Source: Solirubrobacterales bacterium
GTDB lineage: Bacteria; Actinomycetota; Thermoleophilia; Solirubrobacterales; 70-9
Length of the DNA stretch: 32,662 nucleotides
Direction: 5' to 3'
Assembly (NCBI GenBank): GCA_040398125.1
Contig: JBBAUQ010000002.1
Span: forward strand, 1-32,662
The notes below the pieces were generated by a model that was given only the letters and a program-made list of their open reading frames with translations, was not told where the DNA came from and ran no database searches. Of the stretch, positions 16,285 through 25,163 are shown in pieces. The position numbers were made by a program, and so were the translations under genes. Numbering within the stretch: position 1 is the stretch's first letter; each line of letters starts with the position of its first letter.

Positions 16285-18570
16285 TCAGGACCCGGCCGAG
16301 ACGGGGCTGCTCATCGCCGTGAGGAAATCGATCGAGCCGCGCTTGTAGAGGTGATCGTTCAGATTGCCGCACTTGGGACTCTGGACACAGGCCGGGCAGC
16401 CAGTCTCACAGCTGCACTCCGCGACCAGCCGGAGCGCGTCGGTCACCAGCCGCTCGTACTCATCGAAACCGCGAGCTGTGATCCCGATACCGCCGGGGTG
16501 GCCGTCATAGATGAAAACGGTGGGGCCCCCGGTCTGTCCGTGCATGTTGGTCGACAGTCCGCCGATGTCCCAGCGGTCACACATCGCGATCAGCGGCAGC
16601 ACCGCGATCTGGGCGTGCTCGGTCGCGTGCAGGGTCCCAAGCAGCTCGTTGAGCGGCAGCTCATCGACCATTCCCGGCCCCGGGAGGTACCAGAGTCCCC
16701 TGGTGCCGAACTCCTGGGTCGGCAGGTCTAGCTCGATCAGGTCGACCGGGCTCTGGTCGGCACTCAGGACCCTCTCGAAGCCCGTGACGGTCTCCGAGAC
16801 CGAGAGCCGTCCGAAATGGAGGTCGACCCCTGCCGCCTCCCGGCGGTCCAGGGTCCGATCGATGAATATCTCGGTATCGATTCTCGGACGGGTGTACCAG
16901 TCGCCCTCGAATTTCGTGACGATCGCCCGTTCGTTCTCCAGGTCGAGCTGGCTTACCTCCCAGCTCCTGCCCAGGTGCATGTAGATCGCTCCGGGGTGGA
17001 CCGTCGAGAGGGCTCGTCCCGATTCGACCTCGCCGATTACTTCACCCGACTCGGCGTCGACCACATCGACCGAATGGCGCGAGCTCGACCTGAGGGACAC
17101 TCGTGAGGCGATGAAGCCCGAATCCCGCGGGATGCAGCCGGACCCGGTCCGCCGGACGGCCCCGCCGGTCTCGAGATGGTGGAGGGCGCCCTCCATCTCG
17201 GGACCGAACCACTGCTCGTCACTCTCTCCGACCGGCATCTCGTAGGCAGCGGCCAGGAGGTGTTTGGCGGCGATCTCGGGCGAGGCGTGGTCGAGGATCG
17301 CCGCCTCGACCGGCCGACCGAGGAACTCATCCGGGTGCCGGCAGAAGTACTGGTCCAGGCCGTCCTGTCCGGCGATGTAGACGGCCAGCCCCTCCCGTTG
17401 GCGGCCGGCGCGGCCCCACATCTGGCGTAGCCCGGCGGTCGTCCCCGGGAAGGTGACACAGATCGCCGCGTCGAGCTCGCCGATGTCGAGCCCCAGCTCC
17501 AGGGCATCGGTGGCCACCACGCCGAGCAGCTTCCCCTCGACCAGGTCGGACTCGATCTGGCGGCGCTGGGCAGCTGTGTAGCCGGCCCGGTATGGGGCGA
17601 TCCTCTCGGCCAGATCGCCTTGACCCTTCGCCTGGAGACGTTCCGTCGTGAACTTCCTGATCAGCTCAATACCGCGACGGCTCTTCAGGAAACAGATCGT
17701 CCTGATGTCGTGGCATGCCAGCTCGGCCAGCAGGTCAGCTGCTTCGGCGAGGGGTGATCGTCTCGTCCCGGTTGCGGCGTCGATCAGAGGCGGGTTCCAG
17801 ACGACCACCTCCCGGGGGCTCCGTGGTGCTCCGTCGGCATCGACCAGCTCGAAATCCTCCCCGACCAGACGCTCGGCCAGTTCCACCGGGTTGGCGATGG
17901 TCGCCGAGGCCAGCAGGAAGCGCGGACTCGAGCCGTAGGCAGCTGCGAGGCGCCTCAGACGCCTGATCACGTTGGCCACGTTGGACCCGAAAACACCCCG
18001 GTAGGTGTGGGCCTCATCGATCACCACCCAGTCGAGTCGCGCGAGAAAGGTTCCCCAGGAGCTGTGGTGGGGCAGTATCCCGAGATGGAGCATGTCGGGG
18101 TTGGTCAGCACCAGGTTGCTGTTCCTCCGGATCGCCGGGCGCTCACCCTTGGGGGTGTCACCGTCGTAGATCGCGTACCTGAGGCCGGGCGGGGCCAGCC
18201 GGGCCAGTGAGCGAGCCTGGTCCTGCGCCAGCGCCTTGGTCGGGTAGAGGTAGAGGGCCGTGGAATTCCCCTCACCGGCCAGGCCGTTCAGTACCGGCAG
18301 GTTGAAGGCCAGCGACTTGCCTGAAGCAGTTGCCGTGGTTATGACCACGTTCGAGTCGGCTGCCAGGGAGAAGACTTCGGCCTGGTGGGAATAGAGATGC
18401 TCGATCCCGCTAGCTCCCAGGGCTGCCTTCAGGTTGGGATCCAGCCCCTCCGGGAACGGGATCGTCCTGGCCTCGGCGCCGGGCTCCTGCACTGTCTCCT
18501 CGATCCGTCCATCCCGTCGGGCCGGGTCGATCGCCACGGCCCACGGGGATCGGAGGAGGGACTCAGCCAT
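16285..18570 (-). CDS. Superfamily II DEAD/DEAH-box helicase with C-terminal DUF1998/MZB tetracysteine domain (SftH/MrfA/YprA type)
   Basis: Walker A TATASGKS, DEAH box VIDEAH, helicase C-terminal motifs, and C-terminal CSCETGCPACVQSPKCGN. The ATG at 18570 overlaps the folP stop by 8 nt. An alternative start at 18606 adds 12 aa. Confidence 0.85.
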   Translation of the reverse strand: MAESLLRSPWAVAIDPARRDGRIEETVQEPGAEARTIPFPEGLDPNLKAALGASGIEHLYSHQAEVFSLAADSNVVITTATASGKSLAFNLPVLNGLAGEGNSTALYLYPTKALAQDQARSLARLAPPGLRYAIYDGDTPKGERPAIRRNSNLVLTNPDMLHLGILPHHSSWGTFLARLDWVVIDEAHTYRGVFGSNVANVIRRLRRLAAAYGSSPRFLLASATIANPVELAERLVGEDFELVDADGAPRSPREVVVWNPPLIDAATGTRRSPLAEAADLLAELACHDIRTICFLKSRRGIELIRKFTTERLQAKGQGDLAERIAPYRAGYTAAQRRQIESDLVEGKLLGVVATDALELGLDIGELDAAICVTFPGTTAGLRQMWGRAGRQREGLAVYIAGQDGLDQYFCRHPDEFLGRPVEAAILDHASPEIAAKHLLAAAYEMPVGESDEQWFGPEMEGALHHLETGGAVRRTGSGCIPRDSGFIASRVSLRSSSRHSVDVVDAESGEVIGEVESGRALSTVHPGAIYMHLGRSWEVSQLDLENERAIVTKFEGDWYTRPRIDTEIFIDRTLDRREAAGVDLHFGRLSVSETVTGFERVLSADQSPVDLIELDLPTQEFGTRGLWYLPGPGMVDELPLNELLGTLHATEHAQIAVLPLIAMCDRWDIGGLSTNMHGQTGGPTVFIYDGHPGGIGITARGFDEYERLVTDALRLVAECSCETGCPACVQSPKCGNLNDHLYKRGSIDFLTAMSSPVSAGS

Positions 18571-19477
18571 TCGATCCCCCGGGCGGCTCCCTCCTGATCG
18601 CCTCATCGATCCTCAGGCCCGGGTCGACCTCGGACTGACCGGTCAGGGCGGCCCGCACGGCCAGGAAGTCGGCCGTCCCCCGAACGTCGTGGACCCTCAG
18701 GATGCTCGCCCCGAGATCGAGGCCGACCGCCAGCGCCCCAAACGTGCCGGCCCCGCGCTCACTCGGCCTCCTCCCGGTGATTGCGCCGACGAAATCCTTG
18801 CGAGAGACGGCCAGCATCACGGGCCGGCCGAACTCGGCGATCACCTCGGGGATCGCCCTCACGGCGTCGACAGTCTGTCTCGGTGTCTTGGCGAAGTCTG
18901 GCCCGGGGTCGAGGATCACCTGGTCACTCTCGATGCCGGCGTCGGCCAGCGACTGGAGGCGTTGTCCGAAGAACTCGACCAGCCGGGGGCCGACGCCGTC
19001 CCGGTAGAGATCCTCTTCCCAGACCTGGTTCTTCGGGGCCACTTCGGTGTGCATGACGACTATCCCGGCACCGTGACGGGCACATACGGCCAGCATCTCG
19101 TCGCTACCGCTGCCGCTGATGTCGTTGACGATCGCTGCCCCGGCCTCCAGCGCGCGTTCGGCCACCTCGGGCTTGTACGTATCGACCGATACCGTGGCGC
19201 CGCCTGCCACGGCTGCCTCGATCACCGGCAGGACCCGCTCGAGCTCTTCCCGGGCGTCGACGGCCGGTCGGTTGGTGACGTTGGACTCACCGCCTACCTC
19301 GATCAGGTCGGCGCCGTTCTCCAGGTGCTCCCGCACCAGGTCGATCGATCCCGAGGTGGAACGATCGCCCCGGTCCGAGAAGGAATCCGGGGTGGCGTTG
19401 ACCACTCCGACGATCAGCGGGCTGTCGAGATTGATCTCCCGTCCCTTGACCCGTAGTCTTCGTGCCCCGTCGTTCAC
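18563..19477 (-). CDS. folP: Dihydropteroate synthase family protein (FolP, possibly a FolP2-like paralog)
   Basis: Pterin-binding pattern GVVNATPDSFSD, DIGGES-like EVGGESN, VNDISG, with no folB/folK neighbours. Start is GTG at 19477 or 19483; the longer ORF overlaps gpgS. Confidence 0.8.
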   Translation of the reverse strand: MNDGARRLRVKGREINLDSPLIVGVVNATPDSFSDRGDRSTSGSIDLVREHLENGADLIEVGGESNVTNRPAVDAREELERVLPVIEAAVAGGATVSVDTYKPEVAERALEAGAAIVNDISGSGSDEMLAVCARHGAGIVVMHTEVAPKNQVWEEDLYRDGVGPRLVEFFGQRLQSLADAGIESDQVILDPGPDFAKTPRQTVDAVRAIPEVIAEFGRPVMLAVSRKDFVGAITGRRPSERGAGTFGALAVGLDLGASILRVHDVRGTADFLAVRAALTGQSEVDPGLRIDEAIRREPPGGSNG

Positions 19478-19484
19478 CCCCACG

Positions 19485-20372
19485 ATGCTAGACACCTTCG
19501 ACCACACGGACTTCCCGGTCACCGATCTCCTTCGGGCCAAGCAGGGATCGGTGAGCGTGGTGATCCCTACCCGCGAGACGGCGGGCACGATCGCCGGGAC
19601 GGTCGCCGAGCTGGTGATCCTCGGGGATCTCGGCCTGGTGGACCAGATCCTCGTCGTCGATGCCGATTCGGCGGACGGCACGGCTGCCGCCGCGATCGAC
19701 GCCGGTGCCGAGGTCGTGCGGGAGGGGGATCTAGTGCCCTCGGTCGGCCCGGTGCGGGGGAAGGGTGACGCAATGTGGCGCGCCCTCGCTGCCGTAACCG
19801 GGGAGTTCGTGGTGTACGTGGACGGTGATGTGGCCGATTTCGGCCGCCACTACGTGACCGGTTTGCTCGGTCCGCTGTTTGAGACTCCGTCGAAGTCGTT
19901 CGTCAAGGGTCTCTACCGGCGGCCGTTTCGCCAGGGTGAGAACGAGTCACCGGCCGGTGGCGGCCGGGTCACCGAGCTCACTGCCAAACCGCTCCTGGCC
20001 CGGCTGGTTCCGGAGCTGGCCCGGTTCGAGCAGCCTCTCGCCGGTGAGATCGCCGCTCGCCGGTCCCTGCTGGACGCGATCCCGTTCAACACCGGCTACG
20101 GAGTCGAGATCGCGATGCTGGTCGAGGTCTGGGACAGGGTCGGCCTCGACGGTATGGCTCAGGTCGGCCTCGGTACCAAGCGGAACACGCACCAGGACCT
20201 GATCGCCCTCAACGGTATGGCCAATGAGGTGATCGCCGGCCTTGCCGAGACCCTGGACCGCCTGGACCGGGATGGGCTCGGGCGGATCGAGTCGGCGGCG
20301 GACGCCTCGACATCCCAGGCAGTCCGTCCGCCGTTCGGAAGGCTCAGCCTCTCGACCGAGCCTTCCTCCTGA
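19485..20372 (+). CDS. gpgS: Glucosyl-3-phosphoglycerate synthase (GT81 family)
   Basis: VSVVIPTRE, VVDADSADGT, YVDGDV (DxD) and GGGRVTEL motifs typical of GpgS/MpgS. I chose the ATG at 19485 because upstream ORF sequence overlaps folP. Confidence 0.75.
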   Translation: MLDTFDHTDFPVTDLLRAKQGSVSVVIPTRETAGTIAGTVAELVILGDLGLVDQILVVDADSADGTAAAAIDAGAEVVREGDLVPSVGPVRGKGDAMWRALAAVTGEFVVYVDGDVADFGRHYVTGLLGPLFETPSKSFVKGLYRRPFRQGENESPAGGGRVTELTAKPLLARLVPELARFEQPLAGEIAARRSLLDAIPFNTGYGVEIAMLVEVWDRVGLDGMAQVGLGTKRNTHQDLIALNGMANEVIAGLAETLDRLDRDGLGRIESAADASTSQAVRPPFGRLSLSTEPSS

Positions 20373-20378
20373 CGTCCC

Positions 20379-21188
20379 TTGGCCGTCCGCTGCGTCTACA
20401 CCGATCTCGACGGGACCCTGCTCGGTCAGGGCGCCTCACTGTTCACCGACCACGAGGGAAACTTCTCGTTGAGCCAGTCACGGGGCCTCCAGGCCTGTGC
20501 ACGTGCCGGGGTCGAAGTCGTGATCATGTCCGGTCGGCGACGGGTCCAGGTCCATGAAGATGCCCGGCTGATCGGTCAGGGCTCTTTCATCTTCGAGGCC
20601 GGCTCCGGTCTGGTCGTCGACGGTGAGATGACGCTCCTGCTGGGGGACTTCGATGCCGACTCCGAGTCGACCGTCGTCGAGCAGGTCTCGGCCCGTGGAG
20701 TACCCGACCTTCTCTTCGAAAGGTACGAAGGCCGCCTCGAGTTCCACGAGCCGTGGCACCTCGATCGCGAGACCAGCCACCTCTTCCGGGGCGAGGTCGA
20801 TACCGATGAGGCCAACGCCTTCCTGGTCGAGCATGGCCACGGTGACCTGCGGTTGCTCGACAACGGGGCCATCGGTCGCCCTATGCCCGGGATCGAGACC
20901 ACCCACGCCTACCACCTGGTGCCCAAGGCCGTTTCAAAGGCGGCAGCGGTGGATGCCCACGCCAGGATCAGGGGCTACTCAACCGCCGAGACGATCGCCG
21001 TCGGGGATTCCCGTGAGGATCTCGATGTGGCCCGGGTGGTCGGCCAGTTCTTCATGGTTGCCAATGGCCCCGAGAAGGACCCCGGGCTTCGCCAGGCGAT
21101 CATCGGTCACGGGAATGTGACGGTGACCGAGGGCAGCGCCGGGGATGGTTTTTACGAGGCCGTGGTCAGCAGTCTGGTCTCGGGCTGA
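20379..21188 (+). CDS. HAD-IIB (Cof/MpgP-like) phosphatase, candidate glucosyl-3-phosphoglycerate phosphatase
   Basis: Motif I YTDLDGTLLG at the N-terminus and motif IV GDSREDLD. Starts 6 nt after gpgS. The substrate is inferred only from that context. Confidence 0.55.
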   Translation: MAVRCVYTDLDGTLLGQGASLFTDHEGNFSLSQSRGLQACARAGVEVVIMSGRRRVQVHEDARLIGQGSFIFEAGSGLVVDGEMTLLLGDFDADSESTVVEQVSARGVPDLLFERYEGRLEFHEPWHLDRETSHLFRGEVDTDEANAFLVEHGHGDLRLLDNGAIGRPMPGIETTHAYHLVPKAVSKAAAVDAHARIRGYSTAETIAVGDSREDLDVARVVGQFFMVANGPEKDPGLRQAIIGHGNVTVTEGSAGDGFYEAVVSSLVSG

Positions 21189-21212
21189 ACCGGTCCCCCG
21201 GGAGCAGGCGCC

Positions 21213-22286
21213 TCAGGCGACCGAGGCGATACGGCGTACACCTTCATCGATCAGCTCGGGAGGGACCGAGGCGAAGGAGAAGCGCAGTGCAGTCTGGCCG
21301 CCATCCAGCATGAAGTCCGTGCCGGGGATGAAAGGGGCACCGGCCTCCTTGGCGGCAATCGCCAGCTGGACCGTATCGGCGTCCTCACCGAGGTCCGCCC
21401 AGAGGAAGTACCCACCCCCGGGCTCGTTGAACGAGGCCTGCGGCAGGTGGCTGCCCAGGGCCTCGATCAGGGCGTCGCGCCTCTCACGCAGGCGGACCTT
21501 GACCTCGTCGATGTTGCGGTCCAGTGCGCCGGAGCGACCGAGCTCCAGCACCAGGGATCCGGCCAGCATGTTGGGTGAGATGTAGTTCTCGTTCGCCATC
21601 TGGGCGATCTCGGCGATCAGGCGGGAGGGGCCGGCGAGATAGCCGACCCGCACCCCGGGGCTGACCGTCTTGGAGAAAGAGGAGACGTGGATCACCCGGT
21701 CGTTCGAATCCATGGACAGCATCGTCGGCGGTGGCGGGTCGCCGAACGGCAGCTCCCGGTAGGGGTCATCCTCGAAGATCATGAAGTCGTGTTGGTCGGC
21801 CAGGGAGACGAGCCGCTCACGTTTTTCGGCCGAGAGGGTGCAGCCGGCCGGGTTGTGGAAGTTCGGGATCACGTGGACGAGCTTGATCGGACCGAGCTCG
21901 AGCGCCTTCTCCAGGGCGTCGAGGTCGAGCCCGTCGTCCTCCAGGGGCACCGGCACGAAGTCGACCCCGAGCTGCTCCAACAGAAGCAGGGTCCGGTCAT
22001 AGGACGGCTGCTCCACGACCACCCGGTCCCCGGGCGAGACGAGATGGCGAAACAGCATCGCACCGGCCTCCAGGGACCCGTTGGTCACCATCACCTGGGA
22101 GGCGTCTGCCAGCCCGTGCCTCTCGGCGATCCATTCACAGAGGCCGGGGTGGCCGGTCCCAACTCCGTAGGAGAGGGCTGTCTTCCAGTCGGTCTCCAGG
22201 GCCTTGGCAGTGGCTTCGCGCACCGCGTCCACCGGGATCAGGTCCGGGCTGGGCGCTCCACGGGCGAAGCTGATGGTCTCGGTCAT
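21213..22286 (-). CDS. Class I/II PLP-dependent aminotransferase (intact paralog type)
   Basis: FARGAPSPDLIP N-terminus, FEDDPY, SFSKTVSPGVRVGY (PLP Lys). Confidence 0.8.
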   Translation of the reverse strand: MTETISFARGAPSPDLIPVDAVREATAKALETDWKTALSYGVGTGHPGLCEWIAERHGLADASQVMVTNGSLEAGAMLFRHLVSPGDRVVVEQPSYDRTLLLLEQLGVDFVPVPLEDDGLDLDALEKALELGPIKLVHVIPNFHNPAGCTLSAEKRERLVSLADQHDFMIFEDDPYRELPFGDPPPPTMLSMDSNDRVIHVSSFSKTVSPGVRVGYLAGPSRLIAEIAQMANENYISPNMLAGSLVLELGRSGALDRNIDEVKVRLRERRDALIEALGSHLPQASFNEPGGGYFLWADLGEDADTVQLAIAAKEAGAPFIPGTDFMLDGGQTALRFSFASVPPELIDEGVRRIASVA

Positions 22287-22356
22287 CGCTATCTCTCAGG
22301 TAGGAGGCTGGGATCGCGACGATAGCAGCGAAGCGACCCTTCCGGCCGAGCCTGCC

Positions 22357-23232
22357 TCAGCCCTCGCGGAGGATCTCGACGGCCAGCGCGGCCGTCTCGG
22401 ACGGGTTGCGGCCGACCTTGACGCCCTTGGCCTCGAGGGCTTCCTTCTTCGCCGCGGCGCCGCCGGCCGATCCCTCGACTATCGCCCCGGCGTGGCCCAT
22501 CTGTTTGCCGGGGGGTGCGGTGAACCCGGCGATGTAGGCGACAACCGGCTTGGACATCTCGGAGGCGATGAACTCGGCCGCATGCTCTTCGGCTGCGCCC
22601 CCGATCTCTCCGACCATCACGACCAGCTCGGTCTCGGGGTCGGCCTCGTACAGGGTGAGGATGTCAATGAAGTCCGAGCCGACGATCGGGTCACCGCCGA
22701 TGCCGACGATCGACGAGTTGCCCCCGCCGGCGTGCTAGAGCTCGCTGCCGATCTGGTAGGTCAGCGTGCCCGACTTGGAACCCACGCCGACCCGACCCCG
22801 GTCGAAGAACTGGGCCGGGATGATGCCCACATTTGCTTCCCCCGGAGAGAGCACGCCGGGGCAGTTCGGCCCGATCAGCCGCGTCCCTGCCTCCCTCGCC
22901 TTCCAGTAGGTAGCGAGCATGTCCATGACCGGGATTCCCTCGGTTATGGCGATTACGGTCTCGACGCCAGCATCGATCGCCTCGTTGATCGCTCCGGCCG
23001 CAAACTTGGCCGGCACGAAGACCATCGAGGTATTCGCTCCGGTCTCGGCGACGCTCTCGGCCACCGTGTCGAACACCGGCACCCCTTCGACCTCCTGGCC
23101 GCCCTTGCCCGGGGTGACCCCGGCTACTAGCTCGGTCCCGTAATCACGGTTACGGAGCCCGTGGAAGCTGCCCTCCCGGCCGGTCAGGCCCGATACTACG
23201 AGCCGCGTCTCCTTGCCGACGACGATGCTCAA
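22357..23232 (-). pseudogene. sucD: Succinyl-CoA synthetase alpha subunit with one in-frame TAG (22735-22737)
   Basis: ORFs 22735..23232 and 22357..22620 share a frame. Translation across the gap gives [38 protein letters not shown]...MVGEIGG, colinear with SucD. The TTG start overlaps the sucC stop (TTGA). Confidence 0.85.
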
Positions 23233-24395
23233 GTTTCCTCCGCTGCTAGCTGGACCGCCCTCTCGGCGGCGCCGAGCATGGTGCCCTGGATATGGAGGTT
23301 GGGCAGTCCGGCATCGGCCAGGAGGGCCAGGCCCTCATCCCGGTTGGTCCCGTCCAGACGGACCACCAGAGGCATCTCGAGGCCGGTGTTCTCGGTGGCC
23401 TGGAGGATGCCCTTGGCGACCTCGTCACACCGGGTGATTCCGCCGAAGATGTTGAACAGGATCGCCTTGACGTTCGGATCCGAGGTGAGGACCTCGAGGG
23501 CAGCGGTGATCTTGTCGGCTTTGGAGCCCCCGGCCGCATCGAGGAAGTTCGCCGGCGAGCCACCGGCCTGGGCGACCACATCGAGGGTCGACATGCAGAG
23601 CCCGGCGCCGTTGGCGAGGATCCCGATATCTCCCCCGATCTTCACGTAGGCCAGTCCACGGTCGCGCGCCATGGTCTCCTGCGGATCCCCCTCGACCGCT
23701 CGGGCAAGCTCCTCCAGATCGGGATGGCGGAACAGGGAGTTCGGGTCGATCGTCACCTTGGAGTCGAGCGCGACCACCTCGCCGTTTCCGATGGCGGCCA
23801 GGGGGTTGATCTCGACCAGCGTGGCGTCCTCGGCCTTGGCCAGCTCGACCAGGACCCTCAGGGTCCGAGCGGTCGCCTCGGCATACTCCTCCGGTATCCC
23901 GGCGTCGGCGACGATCCTGGCCGACTCTGCCTCGGTGAGGCCTTCCAGCGGATCGACATGGTGGCGGACCAGGGCCTCGGGACTGTTGGCAGCGACCTCC
24001 TCGATGTCCATTCCTCCCATCCGCGAGAGCATCACCAGCTGCTTCTTGGCTGAGCGGTCGAGGATCACCGAGGCATAGAACTCGGCCTCGATCTCGGTCC
24101 CGGTCTCGATCCAGAGCTCTTCGACCCGAAACGGACCCTCCCCGTGAGGCCCCGTGATGTCCATCCCGAGGATCGCCTCGGCGTGGGCCCGGGCTTCGCC
24201 CTCATCGGCGGCGACCTTGATTCCGCCGGCCTTGCCCCGTCCGCCAATCAGTACCTGGGCCTTGACTGCAACTGGAAAACCGAGCTCCCGGGCTGCCTCT
24301 ACTGCCTCCTCGACCGAGGCGGCATGACGCCCGCTTGGGACGGCCATGCCGTTCCGGGAGAAGAGCTCTTTTCCCTGATATTCGAGGAGGTCCAT
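23229..24395 (-). CDS. sucC: Succinyl-CoA synthetase beta subunit
   Basis: [13 protein letters not shown]-terminus (ATG at 24395), ATP-grasp and CoA-ligase regions. Followed by sucD. Confidence 0.92.
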   Translation of the reverse strand: MDLLEYQGKELFSRNGMAVPSGRHAASVEEAVEAARELGFPVAVKAQVLIGGRGKAGGIKVAADEGEARAHAEAILGMDITGPHGEGPFRVEELWIETGTEIEAEFYASVILDRSAKKQLVMLSRMGGMDIEEVAANSPEALVRHHVDPLEGLTEAESARIVADAGIPEEYAEATARTLRVLVELAKAEDATLVEINPLAAIGNGEVVALDSKVTIDPNSLFRHPDLEELARAVEGDPQETMARDRGLAYVKIGGDIGILANGAGLCMSTLDVVAQAGGSPANFLDAAGGSKADKITAALEVLTSDPNVKAILFNIFGGITRCDEVAKGILQATENTGLEMPLVVRLDGTNRDEGLALLADAGLPNLHIQGTMLGAAERAVQLAAEET

Positions 24396-24458
24396 TTTCT
24401 GGCAGTGGTGCGGGAAAGCACCGAGCCGTGAGCCTATCGGCATAATGGATCACCACGC

Positions 24459-25145
24459 GTGCCGCTTCCGAGCCTCAAGAACATCGAGTGGGTCACCACT
24501 GATTGCTACGGAACCCTGATCGATTGGGAGAAGGGTATTGCCTCCGCCTGCGCCGAAGAGGCCGCCAAAGATGGCTTTAGTTTTGAGACCGGGCCTTTCC
24601 TGGACCGGTTCTTCGAGGTTCAGGCCGAGATCATGGCCGGCTCCTATGAGCTGTATGCAGAGGTACTGAGGCGGACGATCATCAAGGTCGCCGGTGAGAT
24701 CGGCTGGGAGGTCGAGCCTTCCCGCGCCCAGTTCCTTCCCGACAGCATCGCCTGGTGGAAGCCCTTCCGTGAGGCCAACGCGGCGATGGACCGTTTGGCC
24801 AAGAAGTACGACATCGGGATCGTCTCCAACATCGATGACAAGATGCTCGGCATCTCACGCAGGCACCTGCGGACCGATCTCGATCTGGTGGTGACTGCCC
24901 AGCAGGTCCGAAGCTACAAGCCCGACAACACCCACTTCAAGGAGTGCGCCCGTCGGATCGGCAGCAAGAAGAACTGGATCCACATCGCCAGTGGGTACAC
25001 CACAGACGTGGCTCCGCTGATCAAGATGAAGGTCCCGGTCATCTGGGTGAACCGTCACGGCGAGAAGCTCGACGGCCGCAAGCGGCCCTCCCTCGAGGTC
25101 AAGAACTTCCGGGAGGCCGTCAAGAAGCTCGGTGCCGGCGGCTGA
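24459..25145 (+). CDS. HAD superfamily hydrolase, haloacid dehalogenase type II-like
   Basis: Motif I DCYGTLIDWE, VSNID, SYKPDNTHF. CATAAT (24441-24446) lies 12 nt upstream of the GTG. Confidence 0.7.
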   Translation: MPLPSLKNIEWVTTDCYGTLIDWEKGIASACAEEAAKDGFSFETGPFLDRFFEVQAEIMAGSYELYAEVLRRTIIKVAGEIGWEVEPSRAQFLPDSIAWWKPFREANAAMDRLAKKYDIGIVSNIDDKMLGISRRHLRTDLDLVVTAQQVRSYKPDNTHFKECARRIGSKKNWIHIASGYTTDVAPLIKMKVPVIWVNRHGEKLDGRKRPSLEVKNFREAVKKLGAGG

Positions 25146-25163
25146 GCGCGCCGGGATCGTCCG

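Noticed and set aside
15990-16372. ORFs 15990..16211 (+) and 16049..16372 (-) in the tRNA region.
   Set aside because: They run through the tRNA-Lys and tRNA-Phe genes. They have no ribosome-binding context and no recognisable protein features.
16285-18570. The DUF1998 helicase as part of a DISARM-like or other anti-phage defence island.
   Set aside because: There is no methyltransferase, PLD nuclease, DrmA/DrmC-like partner or mobile-element gene nearby. The flanks are folP, tRNAs and tatC-region housekeeping genes. The architecture matches the standalone SftH/MrfA repair-helicase type.
4959-22737. Complete reassignment of TAG to a sense codon, or pyrrolysine decoding, as the explanation for the two in-frame ambers.
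   Set aside because: TAG ends six ORFs at positions that match normal protein C-termini. Obligatory readthrough would fuse TatA to TatC and QcrC to MenG. No pyl genes or CUA-anticodon tRNA lie in this window, and the affected gene families are not known pyrrolysine users. I keep only the weaker hypothesis of partial readthrough.
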